A DNA stretch of 64,000 nt from Torpedo marmorata (Eukaryota), in the NCBI GenBank assembly GCA_977017645.1, contig OZ360224.1, positions 129,146,001 to 129,210,000 on the forward strand, read 5' to 3'. The notes under the pieces were generated by a model that saw only the letters and a program-made list of their open reading frames with translations, did not search any database and was not told the DNA's origin. How positions within the stretch are numbered: position 1 is the stretch's first letter; each line of letters starts with the position of its first letter. The translations under genes were made by a program, and so were the position numbers. Of this stretch, positions 24,579-35,200 are shown piece by piece.

Positions 24579-26168
24579 AAACCAAACACTGCCAACTAGA
24601 ATCACTGAAAAGGCTGAGGACCCTGTGATATCTGTCTCTGAGGGCGGCGTCAGAACATCATTCAAGAGGGTGAACCCTCGCAAGGCATCAGGCCCTGACG
24701 GCGTACCTGGCAGGGTACTGAAAATCTGCGCCAACCAACTAGCCAGAGTGTTCACGGACATTTTCAACCTCTCATTGCGGCAGTAAGAGGTTCCCACCTG
24801 CTTCAAAAGGGCATCAATCATCCCGGTACCCAAGAAGAGTAGTGTGGGCTGCCTCAATGACTACCGCCCAGTAGCACTAACTTCTAATGTGATGAAATGC
24901 TTTGAGAGGCTGGTCATGGCCAGAATTAACACATACCTAAGAAAAGATCTGGACCCACTGCAATTCGCCTATCGTCACAATCGCTCCACAGCAGATGCAA
25001 TATTGCTGGCTCTCCACTCAGCTCTGGATCACCTCGAAAACAGCAATTCATACAACGGCTGCTCTTCATCGACTACAGCTCGACCTTCAATAGCATTATT
25101 CCCTCAGTGCTGGTCAAGAAGCTACAAACTCTAGGCCTCTGTACCCCACTCTGCAACTGGATCCTTGACTTTCTCATCGGAAGACCACAGTCAGTACGAA
25201 TTGGAAACAACGTCTCGTCCTCACTGATTATCAACACAGGCGCACCCCAAGGATGCGTGCTTAGTCCACTGCTCTACTCATTATACACTCATGACTGTGT
25301 GGCCAGGCACAATTCCAATGCCATCTACAAGTTTGCCGATGACACCACAGTTGTCAGCAGAATCACAAACGGCAATGAGGAAGCGTACAGGAGGGAGATA
25401 GATCAGCTCGTTGAATGGTGTAATGGCAACAACCTTGAGCTCAACGTCAGCAAAATCAAGGAGATGATTGTGGACTTCAGGAGGAAGTCAGAGGAACACG
25501 ACCCAGTCCTCATCGAGGGCTCAGTAGTGGAGAGGGTGAAGAACTTCAAATTCCTGGGTGTCAACATCTCCGAGGATCTGTCCTGGAGCCTCCACGTTGA
25601 TGCAATCACAAAGAAGGCTCGTCAGCGTCTATACTTTGTGAGGTGTCTGAGGAGATCCGGTATGTCCCCGAAGACTCTCGTAAACCTCTACAGGTGTACC
25701 GTGGAGAGCATTCTGGCTGGTTGCATCACTGCCTGGTATGGAGGCGCCAAATCTTAGGACAAGAGTAAACTCCAGAGGGTTGTTAATTCTGCCTGTGACA
25801 TCACAGGCATCAGACTTCACTCCATCAAGGACATCTACATGAGGCGGTGTCTTAAAAAAGCAGCCTCTATCCTCAAAGACCCCCACCACCCAGGCCATGC
25901 CCTCTTCAATCTGCTACCATCGGGAAAAAGGTACAGGAGCCTAAAGACGAGCACTCAACGGCACAAGGACAGCTTCTTCCCCGCTGCCATCAGAGTCCTG
26001 AATAATCAATGAACCAGACACTGCCTTACTTTTCGTGCACTATTATTTATAATTTTTATAGTAATGGCGTAAGATGGTTACAATATGAATGTTAATTGCA
26101 CTATGATGCTGCCGCAAAACACCGAATTTCATGACTTGTTCATGACAATAAAAAAAATCTGATTCTGA
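24579..26168 (+). mobile_element. 5'-truncated Rex1/Babar-type LINE with stops and a frameshift
   Basis: ORFs 24844-25134 and 25107-25757 ([15 protein letters not shown]), a premature TAG at 25755-25757, and a (TTCTGA)n tail. Confidence 0.9.
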
Positions 26169-26339
26169 AATGTGCGGTCGGTCTTGGGTGTCAGAAGCTG
26201 CTGACAGTTTCAAGGAATAATAGCAATAAGAGCTAACAGGTTCAATGTCAATATAATGAAAACACTGGAAACTTACATTGGCTTTGTTGTTCTCTCTTTC
26301 ATTTTGGCTGGATAAATAGGCTAAGAGTTTGGAGCCCTG

Positions 26340-29300
26340 TGTGGTAAACCACTTTATATGTATTGTGGCCTGAGGCAGGTATGACCATGACCTGTCTGTC
26401 TGTCCCGGTGACCCTTCCCCTTTTACCTGGAATAAAGGCCTTGAGCCAGCAACTCCTCCCCCAGTTCCGGGACAATCCAGCAGGGATCATCAGGTCAAGT
26501 CATAGCTAGCCCTGGCTTGATTCTGCTAATAAAAGCCTGTTAATTCCTGCACTTCTAGACTCGTGTCGGTTATTGATAGGTACGTCAATTTTATTAGCAG
26601 TTTCAACGAAATACGATCAATGGAAAATTTGTTGAAGCCAGACAAGCTGGACATCGACCCCCTGGCCCAAGACGCTGCTAGCGATTTTGAACTTTGGCAA
26701 CGCTGCTTCTTAGCCTACATGAGATCGTCCGGAGCAGCTACTAACGAGCAGAAACTCGATATCCTCATGTCTAGGGTAAGCAAGCGAGTGTATGGCGCCG
26801 TCAGAGACTGTGAGACTTTCGATGATGCCTTGGTCGCCCTCCAAACGCTGTACCTGACGCCTGCGAACGAGATTTTTGCAAGGCACCGGATATCGCAGCG
26901 GTACCAGCGACCCGGAGAGTCGGTCTCCGAGTATATCCAAGATGTGATGTTAATGGTGCGAGCGTGTGCATGTCGAGCCCTGACAGCTGAGCAACACTCC
27001 GAGATGCTGGCAAGGGACACTATTATAAAAGGGATCAGGTCAGGCTACATCCGCCAGCGATTGCTGGAACACGCCGACCTGACCCTGAAATCGACTGTCC
27101 AGAACATCCTGAATCTGGACTCAGCCCTGAAGAACGCTGACGCTATGCAGGCTCAGCCTGCTTCTTGGATCGCCCCAGCCGTCAGCCCTACAAGCAACGC
27201 GACCGCCGCTGCCGTCTACCGGGACCCGCTTGCCGCCGCCGACGCTATCCGTGAGTTGGCCGCTGCCGCCGCTGCCCGAGAGCCCGCCGCTACCTGTGAG
27301 TTAACCGCCGCCGCTATCACCCGGGAGCCCGAGAAGTGCTACTTCTGCGGGCTCGACAAGCACCCGCGCAAGCGCTGCCCGGCCCGAGACGCGACTTGTT
27401 CTAGCTGTGGCAAGAAAGGCCACTATGCTAAGGTCTGCCGCTCCAAGTCGCGCACGGGTCCGAGCAGCGCCGCGTGCGAGGTACGGGAGCGGCCATCTTC
27501 CTCGACTCCACTTCCGGCGGAGACCTCGTGCGAGGTCTGGAGGTGGCCATCACAGCGCACCGCACTTCCGGTTTCCAGCGGCGCCACGTGCGACGGGAGG
27601 GGGCGGCCATCTTACATGACGTCACTTCCTGCGGGGACCTCGTGCGAGGACTGGAGGCGGCCATTTCCGATCTCTACATTTCCGGCGCGGCCATTTTGTA
27701 ATCTCACCGCAGCACTTCCAGCACTTCCAGCTCCACCCTCCCATAGCGACACGTATGAGCTACGGGAGCTGCCACCGGATCAAGACGTCTCGTCGGATCA
27801 AGACTCCGTTTCGACCCTGGCATCCGTGACGCTGGACCAGAGCGCGCCCCATCAACTGTCCAGGTCAATGATGGACATTATCGTTGAGGGGCATAAGACC
27901 ACCTGCCTGTTCGACACAGGCAGTACCGAAAGTTTTATACACCCAGACACTGCCCAGCGCTGTGGCCTCACCATTGTACCGGTAAGCCAGAGGGTGGCCA
28001 TGGCGTCTGGAACGCACACAACAGACATCCGGGGGGGTTGTGTGGCGAATATAGTGGTACAGGGCACGGAATACCGAGAATTTTCACTGTTAATCATGCC
28101 TCGTTTGTGTGCTCCTGTACTGCTGGGGTTGGACTTCCAAAGCCACCTGCATAGCGTCACCATGCACTATGACGGGCCCCACCCCCCGATCGTAGTGACT
28201 AACCCCCAATATTTAACTAACACGCCCCAGACTACCTGTGGTCTCTCCACGCTAAAGACCCAACCCCCGCCACTCTTCGCCAACCTGACCCCTGACTGTA
28301 AGCCTATCGCAACTAAAAGTAGGCGATACAGTACAGGGGACAGGGCATTTATTAAGGCGGAGGTGCAGCGTTTACTGGGGGAAGGGATCATTGCACCCAG
28401 TAATAGCCCCTGGAGAGCTCAGGTAGTGGTGGTGAAGAACGGGGCTAAGAGCCGGATGGTGGTGGACTATAGTCAGACCATCAACCGGTTCACACAACTG
28501 GACGCCTATCCGCTACCAAAGATCGCGGATATGGTCAACCAGATTGCCCAATTTAAAGTGTTCTCCACCATCGACCTTAAGTCGGCTTACCATCAGCTCC
28601 CGATCCGCCGGGAGGACCGAGTATACACCGCTTTCGAGGCGGACGGCAGACTATTCCATTTTCTGCGCGTCCCCTTCGGGGTAACAAATGGGGTATCCGT
28701 GTTCCAAAGGGAGATGGACAGGATCATTGACCAGTTCAAGCTCACTGCCACCTTCCCGTACCTGGACGACATCACCATCTGTGGTCATGACCGCCAGGAT
28801 CACGATAGGAACCTTCGGAAGTTCTTACAGGCGGCCGAGACGCTGAACCTCACATATAATAAGGAGAAATGCGTGTTTGGGACTACCCGACTCGCTATCC
28901 TGGGGTGCGTCGTGGAAAACGGGGTGATTGGACCCGACCCCGACCGCATGCGCCCCCTGTTGGAACTTCCGATCCCCGTTACCCCCAAAGCACTCAAACG
29001 ATGCCTCGGGTTTTTCTCCTATTATGCGCAGTGGGTCCCCAACTACTCGGACAAAGCCCGACCCCTCGTCAAGTCCACCAAGTTTCCCCTGGCAGCGGAG
29101 GCACGTGAGGCTTTCGACCTCATAAAAGGGGACATCGCCCGAGCAGCGATGCACGCGGTGGACGAGTCGGAACCTTTCCAGGTAGAGAGTGACGCCTCGG
29201 ACTTCGCACTGGCTGCTACCCTCAACCAGGCGGGAAGACCGGTAGCGTTTTTCTCCCGCACCCTTCAAGGCCCCGAAATTCGGCACTCCGCGGTAGAGAA

Positions 29301-31071
29301 GGAGGCCCAAGCCATTGTCGAGGCTGTTCGGCATTGGAGGCACTATCTCGCCGGAAAACATTTTACCCTGCTGACGGACCAGCGCTCCGTCGCTTTCATG
29401 TTTAACTGCCAGCAGCGGGGTAAAATTAAAAATGACAAGATCATGAGGTGGAGAATAGAACTCTCCACCTACAATTACGACATCATTTACCGGCCCGGGA
29501 AGCTCAACGAGCCCCCTGACGCTCTATCCCGGGGATCGTGCGCCAGCGCGCAGATCGACCGGTTATACTCCCTCCATAATGACCTCTGCCACCCAGGAGT
29601 CACCAGGCTGTTCCACTTCATCAAAGCACGGAACCTGCCTTTCTCCCTGGATGAGGTCAAGACCATGACCAGCAGCTGCCGAGTCTGTGCGGAATGCAAA
29701 CCGCAGTACTACCACCCCGACAGAGCACAGCTGGTCAAAGCCACCCGCCCGTTCGAACGTCTCAGTATAGACTTCAAGGGCCCCCTTCCATCCACGAACC
29801 GCAATGTGTACTTTCTTAATATCATCGATGAGTACTCGCGGTTCCCCTTTGCCATCCCCTGCCCAGATACCTCGGCGGCGTCGGCTATCAAGGCTCTCCA
29901 CCAGGTTTTCACCGTGTTCGGGTTCCCCAGCTACGTCCACAGCGACCGGGGGTCCGCGTTCATGAGTGGGGAGCTGCGACAGCACTTGCAGACCCGAGGC
30001 ATCGCTACCAGCAGGACCACGGGGTACAACCCACGGGGGAACGGACAGGTGGAGAGGGAGAACGCCACAGTATGGACAGCGACACTACTGGCCCTCAAAG
30101 CAAAAGGGTGGCCAGTGGCTCGCTGGCAGGAGGTTCTCCCGGACGCCCTCCACTCTATACGATCCCTCTTATGTACCGCCACTAACACTACCCCTCACGA
30201 ACGTATCTTTTCCTTCCCCAGAAAATCGACCACTGGAACTACACTCCCTGCCTGGCTGACGTCCCCGGGGCCGGTGCTACTCCGCAAACATCTTCGGAGT
30301 AGCAAGTACGAGCCTTTAGTCGAGAGGGTGCAGCTGATCCATGCAAACCCGCAATACGCATTCGTTGTTCTCCCCGACGGGCGGGAGGACACGGTGTCAA
30401 TACGGGACCTGGCGCCTGCAAGAGCGTCTGAAGAGGTCCCCGACAGCGGGAACGCCGGGTCGCAACTGCCCCCTCCAGCCCATCCGCCTCCCAGCACGAC
30501 GTTGTCTCCGTCACAGCTGGTCTGGCCACTAGCCAGGCAGGAGGCGAACCACCCCCAGATCCACCCTACTGTACCTACTCCCATTCCACAGCCACAACCA
30601 TCTCCGCAGGTATCACGTTTTCCCACCCGTACCCTCATTCCACAACCATTACCATCACCGCTGACGCTACGCAGGTCACGGCGGCACATCCGGCCGCCGG
30701 CGAAACTCGATCTGTAAATGAAGAAAACTGTATATTATCTATGTATATGTGTATTTTTTTTTTCTCTCTACGGTATCCACTTCACCCCCCCCCCGTCGGA
30801 CTTGTTCTAAAAGAAGGGGTGAATGTGGTAAACCACTTTATATGTATTGTGGCCTGAGGCAGGTATGACCATGACCTGTCTGTCTGTCCCGGTGACCCCT
30901 CCCATTTTACCTGGAATAAAGGCCTTGAGCCAGCAACTCCTCCCCCAGTTCCGGGACAATCCAGCAGGGATCATCAGGTCAAGTCATAGCTAGCCCTGGC
31001 TTGATTCTGCTAATAAAAGCCTGTTAATTCCTGCACTTCTAGACTCGTGTCGGTTATTGATAGGTACGTCA
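26340..31071 (+). mobile_element. Full-length Ty3/Gypsy LTR retrotransposon (element A)
   Basis: 248-bp LTRs 26340-26587 and 30824-31071 (TG...CA; 2 mismatches seen). 5-bp TSD CCCTG (26335-26339, 31072-31076). PPT AAAAGAAGGGGTGAA just before the 3' LTR. Single intact ORF. Confidence 0.97.
26620..30717 (+). CDS. Gag-Pol polyprotein, 1365 aa from the first ATG: Gag with two CCHC knuckles, protease, RT, RNase H, integrase
   Basis: CYFCGLDKHPRKRC and CSSCGKKGHYAKVC knuckles; LFDTGS protease; YLDD RT; ESDASD...EKEAQA RNase H; H-x3-H...CRVC integrase zinc finger; SIDFKG / HSDRGS / NGQVER DDE core. Confidence 0.95.
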   Translation: MENLLKPDKLDIDPLAQDAASDFELWQRCFLAYMRSSGAATNEQKLDILMSRVSKRVYGAVRDCETFDDALVALQTLYLTPANEIFARHRISQRYQRPGESVSEYIQDVMLMVRACACRALTAEQHSEMLARDTIIKGIRSGYIRQRLLEHADLTLKSTVQNILNLDSALKNADAMQAQPASWIAPAVSPTSNATAAAVYRDPLAAADAIRELAAAAAAREPAATCELTAAAITREPEKCYFCGLDKHPRKRCPARDATCSSCGKKGHYAKVCRSKSRTGPSSAACEVRERPSSSTPLPAETSCEVWRWPSQRTALPVSSGATCDGRGRPSYMTSLPAGTSCEDWRRPFPISTFPARPFCNLTAALPALPAPPSHSDTYELRELPPDQDVSSDQDSVSTLASVTLDQSAPHQLSRSMMDIIVEGHKTTCLFDTGSTESFIHPDTAQRCGLTIVPVSQRVAMASGTHTTDIRGGCVANIVVQGTEYREFSLLIMPRLCAPVLLGLDFQSHLHSVTMHYDGPHPPIVVTNPQYLTNTPQTTCGLSTLKTQPPPLFANLTPDCKPIATKSRRYSTGDRAFIKAEVQRLLGEGIIAPSNSPWRAQVVVVKNGAKSRMVVDYSQTINRFTQLDAYPLPKIADMVNQIAQFKVFSTIDLKSAYHQLPIRREDRVYTAFEADGRLFHFLRVPFGVTNGVSVFQREMDRIIDQFKLTATFPYLDDITICGHDRQDHDRNLRKFLQAAETLNLTYNKEKCVFGTTRLAILGCVVENGVIGPDPDRMRPLLELPIPVTPKALKRCLGFFSYYAQWVPNYSDKARPLVKSTKFPLAAEAREAFDLIKGDIARAAMHAVDESEPFQVESDASDFALAATLNQAGRPVAFFSRTLQGPEIRHSAVEKEAQAIVEAVRHWRHYLAGKHFTLLTDQRSVAFMFNCQQRGKIKNDKIMRWRIELSTYNYDIIYRPGKLNEPPDALSRGSCASAQIDRLYSLHNDLCHPGVTRLFHFIKARNLPFSLDEVKTMTSSCRVCAECKPQYYHPDRAQLVKATRPFERLSIDFKGPLPSTNRNVYFLNIIDEYSRFPFAIPCPDTSAASAIKALHQVFTVFGFPSYVHSDRGSAFMSGELRQHLQTRGIATSRTTGYNPRGNGQVERENATVWTATLLALKAKGWPVARWQEVLPDALHSIRSLLCTATNTTPHERIFSFPRKSTTGTTLPAWLTSPGPVLLRKHLRSSKYEPLVERVQLIHANPQYAFVVLPDGREDTVSIRDLAPARASEEVPDSGNAGSQLPPPAHPPPSTTLSPSQLVWPLARQEANHPQIHPTVPTPIPQPQPSPQVSRFPTRTLIPQPLPSPLTLRRSRRHIRPPAKLDL

Positions 31072-32227
31072 CCCTGCACCCAAGTTTCTATCTTGGCACA
31101 AGTGCTTCTTGCTAACCAGTGTTTGGTGAAATTGCTCAGCCCTGACTGCCAAACTGGAGCCAATTGATTTGTACTGATGAGGCCTGAAGAGGTGTTTCCT
31201 TTGGCTGTCGGAACTTTCTATTCTAGCAAGCTGTCGTTTCTCACTATCAAAATCAAAGCACTTATGGAGTGCCAAGGAATTGAAACCTATTTCTGAAGTA
31301 TGTATGATGGAAGATTTTCCTTGCAGTTAGCAAAGCTTCATGCTTATAGAATTTAAATTTTATTTTTATTGTTCCATGTACATATTCATTCTATCAGTGA
31401 AAACTGAGAATGTTGGAAATACTCATCAGGTCAGGAAGCACTTGTGGAGAGAAAACACAGTCAATATTTCAGGTAGGTGACCTTCCATTAGATTTGAGAA
31501 AAGTTAGGTCTAAAATACCCCACTGAATCTAGCCAGATCCTCAGGTTTTATTTTAGATTTCTAACATTCACAATATTTTTTTGTTTTCGCAGTTGAACTG
31601 CTGACAATTTTGCTGAATAAACATTTTAAAGCTTCTGAAGTGATCATTAAGTTAAAAGCTAAAGGATGTCCCATAACTCCGCTTCTCTCACTTCCACATT
31701 ATGCTTAGTGTTTGTAAGAGCCTTTGGTTTAGTTACTTACCTTTATCGTGGCGTTCCCATGGTCTCGGCGGGGTTCGGAGGAGTCGCGGTGTTTGTAGGC
31801 CATGCTAGGCCTATTTAGTACTCTGCGCATGCGCGGGAGTTCTCTGTGCTTTGGAATGATATTTAAAATAAAATGTTGGCCATCTTGGCGATGCCTCGAG
31901 TTGGGGGCAGTTTGTAATCCACATCCATCTGCCATGTGTAACAGCCAGAGAGGGATTTAAAGCTTCAAATCTTATAGTAAAGTGTATCATAAATACATTG
32001 GAGAAACCATTTCTGGAAAACCTGCGATAATATTGACGGATGTTGTGGTTGAAACTCGTTTGTGAATAGTAGCACATTACAGTCATCTGAAGTGGTAGGC
32101 ATAAGTCTGTGGACTCCTTCTGTGTATCTTTGGCAAGTTAGAACACAGATTGGATTTGCTGCCACTAGTCCATTTGGGACTGTTGATTTGGCTAGTGTTG
32201 TGTATGCTTGAAGGACAGTGGAACAAG

Positions 32228-35200
32228 ATGAATAAATTGACCGCAGCAGCCGCTGATGCAACAGCCGCTGATACAGCAGCAGCTGACGCAGCAATCGCTG
32301 ATGTTGCTGTTAAGGACCAACGTATTAAAGACATGAAGGTTGCGGATATTAAAGAAGTATTGAAGCGAATGAAACTAGATATAAGTGGAAATAAAAAGGT
32401 TCTCATCGCAAGATTCAAGCTGGCAAATGAAGAAGAGGCGGCTTTGTTAGATGAACAAGAAGATAGCAACGTGGAAATGGCAGAAATTGTGTCACAAAAT
32501 GAAGAGGATGAAGAAAAAGAAGATGCAAAGATTGTACAATTTGAACTGGAGAAAGAGGTAAGTAAGAAGACAACATATGACCAGCAGGATGAAATACAAG
32601 CAAGTTACAGTGTTTCAAATGCTAAAAGCAGGAGAAACAAACAAAGTTCTGGTTTGAGCTCCAGAGTTTCTCGTACTTCAAGTTCTGCATTGTCCCGTAC
32701 AAAGATTGAAGTTGACTTGTCCGCTCTTATTGTACGACAAAATTCTGCTAAGGATAAACATATTTTAGAAGAACAGGAGGAGGAACTAAGAGAACAGGAG
32801 GAACAGCTAAGGCAGAGGCAGAGCCAACAGGAGAAACAGCTAAAGCAGAGTCAACAGGAGGAACAGCTGAGGCAGAGCCAACAGCTAAGGAAGAGACAAG
32901 AGCAGCTAAGAAAGAGAAAAGAGCAGCATGAGCTGAAAACAGATATTGCTATTGCCATAGCCAGAAAGAAAGCAATAGAAGGCTCAATGGTATCTGGTGC
33001 TCAGAGTAAATTATCCAAAGTGTCTGATAATAAAAGGTCATATTTTTAAAAAGAGTCACAGGAAAAGAAACCAACCAAAAGGGTAGATATTTTAGCACCA
33101 GGGGTACAAGACTTGCAAATACAAGGACAAATCCTTCAAGAGCATATTGGTATCGAGTCACATGTACCAGTGGTAACATCTCAGAATCAGAATCAAAATT
33201 TATTGTCATGAACAAGTCATGAAATTCGTTTTTTTGCGGCAGCATCAAAGTGCAATTAACATTCATATTAACCATCTTACGACATTACTAAAAAAATTAT
33301 AAATAATAGTGCACGAAAAGTAAGGCACTGTCTTTGGTTCATTGATTATTCAGGAATCTGATGGCAGCGGGGAAGAAGCTGTCCTTGTGCCGTTGAGTGC
33401 TCGTCTTTAGGCTCCTGTACCTTTTTCCCGATGGAAGCAGAGTGAAGAGGGCATGGCCTGGGTGGTGGGGGTATTTGAGGATAGAGGCTGCTTTTTTAAG
33501 ACACCGCCTCATGTAGATGTCCTCGATGGAGTGAAGTTTGGTGCCTGTGATGTCACAGGCCGAGTTAACAACCCTCTGGAGTTTACTCTTGTCCTGTGAG
33601 TTGGCGCCTCCATACCAGGCAGTGATGCAACCAGCCAGAATGCTCTCCATGGTACACCTGTAGAAGTTTACGAGAGTCTTCGGTGACAAACCGAATCTAC
33701 TCAGACACCTCACAAAGTATAGCCGCTGATGAGCCTTTTTTGTGATTGCATCAACGTGGAGGCTCCAGGACAGATCCTCTGAGATGTTGACACCCAGGAA
33801 TTTGAAGTTCTTGACCCTCACCACTACTGATCTCTCGATGAGGACTGGGTCGTGTTCCCCTGACTTCCTCCTGAAGTCCACAATCATCTGAAGACAAAGC
33901 TGCAGCTTGGGTTCGGTCGAACAATGCAGCTCCCTTGTTATTTGAGTCAAGCATCAAAAATATGGAAGAAACTACACCAGTGAGGTTTCCAGATACATTA
34001 CCTGTAACAAGACAAAATGAAATTGCTGCATCATTGATTCAGTTACAGTCTCTCTCTTTTTTACCCAAGAAAGAGATACAAACTTTTGATGGTGATCCAC
34101 TTCAGTACCAATCGTTCATGAGATCTTTCAAATGCAATATTGAAAATAAATGCCAAGATCATGATGAATGTCTTTATTATTTGGAAATGTTCACAAAGGG
34201 ACATCCAAAAGAACTTGTAAAGAGTTGTCAAAATATGTCTTCAGAAAGAGGATTAGACAGAGCTAAGGCTTTACTAGAACAACATTTTGGCAACAAGCAT
34301 TGAATTGCTTTAGCTTATATGGATAAAGCTCTTAAATGGACATCATTAAAACAAAATGATGTAAAAGCTCTACAAGAATATACTCTATTTTTAAGAGGAT
34401 GTTGTAATGCCATGGAAGATATCGATAATATTCGTGAGCTTGAAGTGCCTGGTAATATGCAAATCATCTTAAGAAAAATTACCTTATAAGTTGTGGGATA
34501 GATGGAGAAATTTGGCTTGTGATATAAAAGAAAATTACGGTCAAAGAGCTAACTTAAAGGACTTGGTAAATTTTCTTCAACAACAGGTGTACATTGAAAC
34601 AGATCCAATATATGGAAATATTAGAGACAATTCAATGGGGAACAAAGATGTAAGGAGGTCTAACAGCCTACTCCAAAATTGAAAAGGAGTACTTTTGCTA
34701 CTAATGTGTCAGTTATAAATAAAGAAAAAGACAAAGTAATAAGGAAAAGGAAAGTTTGACTGATGAGAAGAGTTGTTTGTTCTGTAAAGGTGGACATGCT
34801 TTGGAAATGTGTTTACGGTTGGAAAAGAAGGAACATAATGAAAAGATCGCTTTCTTAAAGGAAAATGGAATATGTTTTAGCTATTTGTGTAAAGGGCACA
34901 TCAGCAAAAACTGCGAGAAGCGAATTAAGTGTAATATATGCAAGTTGAAACATCCTAGAAAGTTGCATATCCATCAAAGAAACAAGGAATTGGAAAAGGA
35001 GCAAACAGAAACAAATGAAACAACAGAAAACAATGTTATAACCTTGGTTCAGACAAGTGGTCTTACCGGGGCCGGTGTGGATAACTACAAACTTTCAATA
35101 GTGCCTGTACAAGTCAAGACCAAAAAAGGGGATGCAACAGTACATACATATGCATTTCTAGACCCAGGCAGCACTGCATCTTTTTGCACGGAAGGACTAA

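Noticed and set aside
26563-26619. N-terminal extension of the Gypsy A ORF (likewise 40807-40857 in B)
   Set aside because: Starts at non-ATG codons inside the LTR; the homologous ATGs are at 26620 and 40858.
26710-30689. Numerous antisense and alternate-frame ORFs over Gypsy, Rex1 and CR1 coding regions
   Set aside because: Shadow ORFs expected from GC-rich coding sequence; no independent motifs.
31174-31215. CTGATGAGGCC hammerhead-like start
   Set aside because: No properly placed stem II closure followed by GAAA.
32770-32930. Q/E-rich repeat as a separate host gene (trichohyalin-like)
   Set aside because: Low-complexity expansion inside the BEL Gag coiled coil.
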